Below, piece by piece: positions 59,051 to 64,000 of a DNA stretch of 64,000 nt (positions are counted from its first letter, which is position 1; the number at the start of each line of letters is the position of its first letter). A program made the position numbers and the translations under genes. The stretch is from Camelus dromedarius. Lineage: Eukaryota. Below the pieces are notes generated by a model. That model did not search any database. It worked only from the letters and a program-made list of their open reading frames with translations, and was not told the origin of the DNA. Location of the stretch: contig NC_087449.1 in the NCBI RefSeq assembly GCF_036321535.1, positions 25,172,001-25,236,000 of the forward strand, written 5' to 3'.

Positions 59051-62000
59051 ATATAAATACACAAAAGTGGAGCATCTCTAAAATTGTGCAATATCTTATT
59101 CAAAAGCTTCAACTTTATCTTTGATCCAACTAAACAGGTTTCTAAATGACTACTTTCATCACATACTCAGTCATGCATGGCTCCTCAGAATGGCACAAAG
59201 CAAGTGAAACTTGGGCTTTTTTTTTCATTTTTTTAAGCTGAGTATCTAAAAATGCCATGATATTACTGGATATACTTTGGACAGCTAAGGAAAGGAAAAA
59301 TCTAGAAAATGATTCACAGGAAGCTTTTTCTATCTGTCAGGGTAACTGTGAGAATCCCTTGAAAAGTTAGTGCCAAAAAGAGTCCTCTGAATGACGTCAG
59401 GCTACTGGGGAAATTAATCAAGGCCCACAGGCACCTGGCCCCAGACTGACTCACACAGGAGCCAAGCCAAGAGGTACTAACGCTCCAGAGACCTGTGTCC
59501 CGCACACAGTGTGGAGGTCCTGAGTGGTGGGTGAATTATCTAGAATTTCAAAACCACGAAAAGGGTGGAATTCATGTATAGACGTGTGAAAAAGAGTACT
59601 CACAGCCAGGACTACACTGGGGGGAAAATACCAAGATTAAGTAATTTGCAGCTTTATTCAAATCTTTTTTTTTCTTTTAAGAAAGTTGTTCACTGCACTA
59701 AAGACAGGATTAAACAACTAACTCTAATGAATAAAATCAGAATGGCTTGGCTACCTTGATTTTTAATACATTTTACAGACTGAGATTTAAGGGTTTCAGG
59801 AAACCTCAGATACCTATGTAACTAGTTTTTTTAAAAGGACATTAAGGTCAAGTTTTTATTTTCACTAATGCAAAAAAAGATGATTTTGCAACTTTCTAAG
59901 ATGCGCACACCATCTCAGGCATTGCCTTGCTTCCTTGATAATTACACTGACCCGCATCTCCTCTCCTGCTTTATCAGTGTGGCGTTCGTGCACTAAACAA
60001 AGGGAAGGAAGAAACAAGGGGCCCCCAGACAGACCTCCATCTAGCTGGGGAGCGTGGCCTTACCCACGTGCCGTGTCCCAGCTTGGTCACTTCACCTTCC
60101 CTGATGCTGCAAAACAGGCTCCGTTCTCCACCTGTCGGCCTGTTCTAAGGACGAAGTGTCTGGCACACAGTATTAACTCAACAATGGTGGTAGTGTAATC
60201 AGCTGAAACTCGAATGATGATCAAACTCATGTGTTCAGATTTCACAGGCTCCAAAACACTGCTCCCTCACTTTCCAGGGCTGTTGAAGTCTTTAGGCCAA
60301 TTTCTTGTTGGTTTTTGGTAAAATCTGGCTGCTGAAGGGACTAAGACCTAAAGTTGGCTGTGATTTTGAAGGTTCCAGCCTGTTACACAGATCGACTAAG
60401 TCTCACAAATCCTACACCCCTGAAGTGCCTGTGAGGCTTCCTATTTCTGGAGGGGAAAAAAGACCTGGATGGGCCAAATGAATCACTTCTTAGTTGAGCA
60501 AGAGAACAATTAAAAGATGCTCAGGACACCAAAAAGGTCACATAATAATCCACACCTTGTGGACATCTGAGATCCAGAAACCTGCATCAGAGATAAATGT
60601 TTTAAAGGATATATATTCACTGTTTAAAAAAAAAAAAAAAGGAAAACATGTAGCTATAGTTCTTAGATCTTCAAAATGCCTACGGGGGAAATCTTTAGCT
60701 TAGCGTCAGAATTTGCTGTAGAAAGACTTCACCATTAAAAGAACTCCTTTGCTAGTTTTTGGTTTACTGATTTCTCTACAGAAAACTTATACATTATGAT
60801 ACAACTGGTTCACTCTAACAAATAAAAAGAGAGAAAAAGTCATCAAAGTCTTCTTATAATAAACTATGGAACTATGTGAATAACAATGACAATTATCTGC
60901 ATTGGAATATTCTTTTATTGAGACTGGACTATCTAAGTCACTAGCTAGGACTTTGGAAATTTTCTCTTTTTCTATTCAGAGTTTTTCATTTTTCAGGTGT
61001 GCCTCACGTTACCAAGAAGGTCCAGTCCTTAAAAAATAAAACATACCAAGGGTACTCAATATTTACTACCATGGTACTACCTACAAAGGTGCTTCCTAAA
61101 TGAGCACTTTCAGTGTTGAAGGGGACCTTCGAAAAGGGCATACTGTGTGCGCCTCAGTCCATTCATTATTCCCACTACTCTCGTCCCACTGTGATTTGAT
61201 GGTAGTTTCTTTTCAAAAATCTGCCAGCAACGTGTGCTCTGGTGACCTGAGAGACCGAGCCTGGCTGGTCCCACCAGTGTCTGTGACTGTGTAGGTGGGG
61301 ACAGCGGCTGCAGCCTGCTCAACTCTGGGCCCCAGGGCAAAAGGCCTTAGAAGCTACCCAGTCCTCTCTCTGGACCCTAGCGGATCTACCCACAGTTATC
61401 AAGTGAGCTGGTGATTCCACACATTCTGGAGGGGCTTCCCAGAAGCAAAGGCAGGCAGGCAGAGCTTGGTAAAAGGTGGGGGTTCACTTTGCAGCCTTTC
61501 CACTGTCCTTATCTACAGAGCTGGCTCTTTTAAATGCAAAGTATAACAATGCCCCCTCCCCTACAAAGAATCATCACAGCTACTTACGATGTTATCTTAG
61601 GAGAAAGAGGGTCTGTAAGCAGTTTATCCACCGTGGGAACTATTAGACTGGGGCAGCACTGTTATCCAGAAAGTTTCTGATCTGCCTTCCCTCTCCCCTT
61701 TTGTCTATCACCAGGTTAACAGATGTGTGTTTGGGAATAACATTTCTCCTTAGGCACCCCAGCAAGATGGAAACAGATACATAAATCTGCAGCTGTCTAA
61801 TGTGTGCCAAAAGCAAGTGCCAAATGACTTCAGGATTATGTCAGGTCACGATTAGGCCCAATTAACAGATGATAAGATCTGCAAGGTAAAAGCAAACTTG
61901 TACGCAGTGTATCACATAGCTTTCTAAAAAGAGAAAGAAGCTATTTCTTTTGAAGACCTTTATTTCCTTAGGGAAATAAAGCACTAGGAGGCAATCAGAT

Positions 62001-62787
62001 CAATTAATAAACAAATGATTAATAACCAAATGATATTAAAAAGTTGTAATATCAATGCTAAATAATTTTCAGAGATTTAGAAAGTTTATAATAGATTTAA
62101 ATTCCAGCTTTAATGATGAAATCAAAAGCTTATCTAAGATCCATCTAAAGGCAGCAGTAAGAAATGTACACCATGACCAGTGTACTAAGCAGGAGGAACT
62201 AGAATATTTACTTCCTGAAAAACACCATTATCCAGTCTTAGTCTAACTCATGGGCTGATTCTGCAAGTACTTGGCAGACTATTGGAAGAGAGAAATTACC
62301 TTCAGCTAAAGCGTCCTGAGGTTTTGGTGATGGGCAGTCAAGGATGCTGCACTGATCTGTGGCTGGTACAAAGCTTTATGCCATAGCCCTCTGCTGTCTT
62401 TTCTTAAAGGAGAAAGTCCAATATTTGTGCCAGCCCAGGAGAATACTTCCAGGGCCAAAGCTCTTCCTAAGAGTGTGGTATGCTCCTAATACTGGTTGCT
62501 GAAGAAGACACTCTCTAAAATCTGTTGACATCTACTTTTGTAATAGGGTCCAAAGAAATTTACATTTCCTGTGATTCCACTATTATAAAAGAACTCTTTG
62601 TTCACTCGTCTGGTGCGGGAATTTTCTGTAAGATGAAAATGAAATAAGCATGCATGCACGTATTTAAGGTTTAGCCCAAAGAAGAGCAAAGCAAAGCACT
62701 TAAAAAAAAAAATCTCACCTAGGTTTCATTAAAAAAAAAAAAAAAAAAAAGAAAAAATAAGTACAATAAAAAGGAAAAAAATACCTT

Positions 62788-62935
62788 NNNNNNNNNNNNN
62801 NNNNNNNNNNNNNNNNNNNNNNNNNNNNNNNNNNNNNNNNNNNNNNNNNNNNNNNNNNNNNNNNNNNNNNNNNNNNNNNNNNNNNNNNNNNNNNNNNNNN
62901 NNNNNNNNNNNNNNNNNNNNNNNNNNNNNNNNNNN
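62788..62935. other. Assembly gap (N run) in a PATJ intron
   Basis: Run of n characters next to a poly(A) tract. Confidence 1.
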
Positions 62936-64000
62936 TCAAGAATAGATATTGAGAGGGAATTTCATTTTCATGGAAGAACACAGATTTGAGAGAGACTTTC
63001 ATACTGCGAAACAATGAAGGTCAGTTTATCCGATCAAACTGTCAAGAGACCAATCTAGAAACTTATTTTTAAATTACCCATTTCATGCCAATATTCTTGA
63101 TGTTTTAGGGGTTTCTCTTTGATAAAAACCCACTGTTTTTTAACTAAAAATAAAGTCATGATGCTGAAGTTGTCAAAGCACCCTTCTATTTGCTTAGTTT
63201 TTAACTTTTAAACTTACTGTTTAAAGCTGAACAGAACTGTCTGTACACCCTTGAAGAATGTGCATGGAGCTGGAGGGGGCATCACCCGAGCTTGCGGTAC
63301 ACCGCAGTCTGCAGGTGGACTTCCGAACAGAACAGGTGACAGCTGCCCGAGAGCTCTGTCCGCGGCCGCTCTTGTTCTGCTGGAATATCCTCACGGCTCC
63401 TGATCCCTCACTTGCTCTGAGGGTAGGAACTCATTCTTCAAAACGCACTCCATCTCCAACGTGATGCTTTCCTAACTCCCCTGGAAGCATTAGCTTCAGC
63501 CTTCTCTGTGCTCCCTTTGCACTTGGTCCAGATTTCCACATGGCATTTGTCATATTGTATCATGGTTCCTAAACCCTCTTTCTCCTCTATCAGACTATGA
63601 ACTCCTTAAGTTTTTGTCCTCTGAGCATTCCCAGCACCAAGCACGGTGCCTGTCGTAACTTCAGCATCATGACTGTGTAAATGAGAACTGAAAGCCAGGA
63701 GAGAGGAGAGAAACCAAGGTGAAGCAAAATGGATGAAGACAATCTGTTCCAAATGTATCATTTTGATTTTCAAAGCTTCGTCCAGTGTGGAAGTCATCTC
63801 TCTCAGAAACAACATGGCTGAAAGTTAAATTACCCGTGTGGGCTTAAGTAGTTAAAGCTAAGCAACTAATGCCAATTTCTTATTCCCAAATGTGGCTGTC
63901 TGAAGGGTAAAACCTGGAGGAACTCTGGTACCCCTGACCCTTCGTCTTACTTGCAGGAAGCTCATATGCGTATCCTGGCAGGGTCACCTGTCTTGCGGCA

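Noticed and set aside
62240-62420. Possible additional PATJ exon (minus-strand GAAG|GTAATT donor)
   Set aside because: The translation does not match the expected penultimate PDZ exon (…GLGFSIVGGYGSPHGDLPIYVK…), which appears to lie beyond the window end.

Overview
Mammalian genomic DNA, very probably a camelid (alpaca/llama/camel), judged from a Vic-1-like tRNA-derived SINE and camelid-style L1 3' ends. The left part holds the last three coding exons of KANK4 (+ strand, ankyrin-repeat C-terminus, stop at 14070-14072). The right part holds the terminal coding exon and 3' UTR of PATJ (- strand, C-terminal PDZ, 58392-58538). In human and most eutherians the L1-ORF1-derived gene L1TD1 lies between these two genes. 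Here that ~40 kb interval has no assembly gap and no L1TD1-sized ORF. It does contain a CpG/GC-box promoter with two candidate non-coding exons where the L1TD1 5' end is expected, plus a dense cluster of ERV/LTR insertions. The cluster includes a 5'-truncated, polyadenylated, TSD-flanked ERV1 copy that looks L1-retroposed, and a decayed class I env gene. The rest is ordinary repeat-rich intronic/intergenic DNA (MIR, L2, L1, MaLR, hAT MITEs) with two N gaps. Gene identities and repeat family names come from recalled sequence knowledge, not from database searches.
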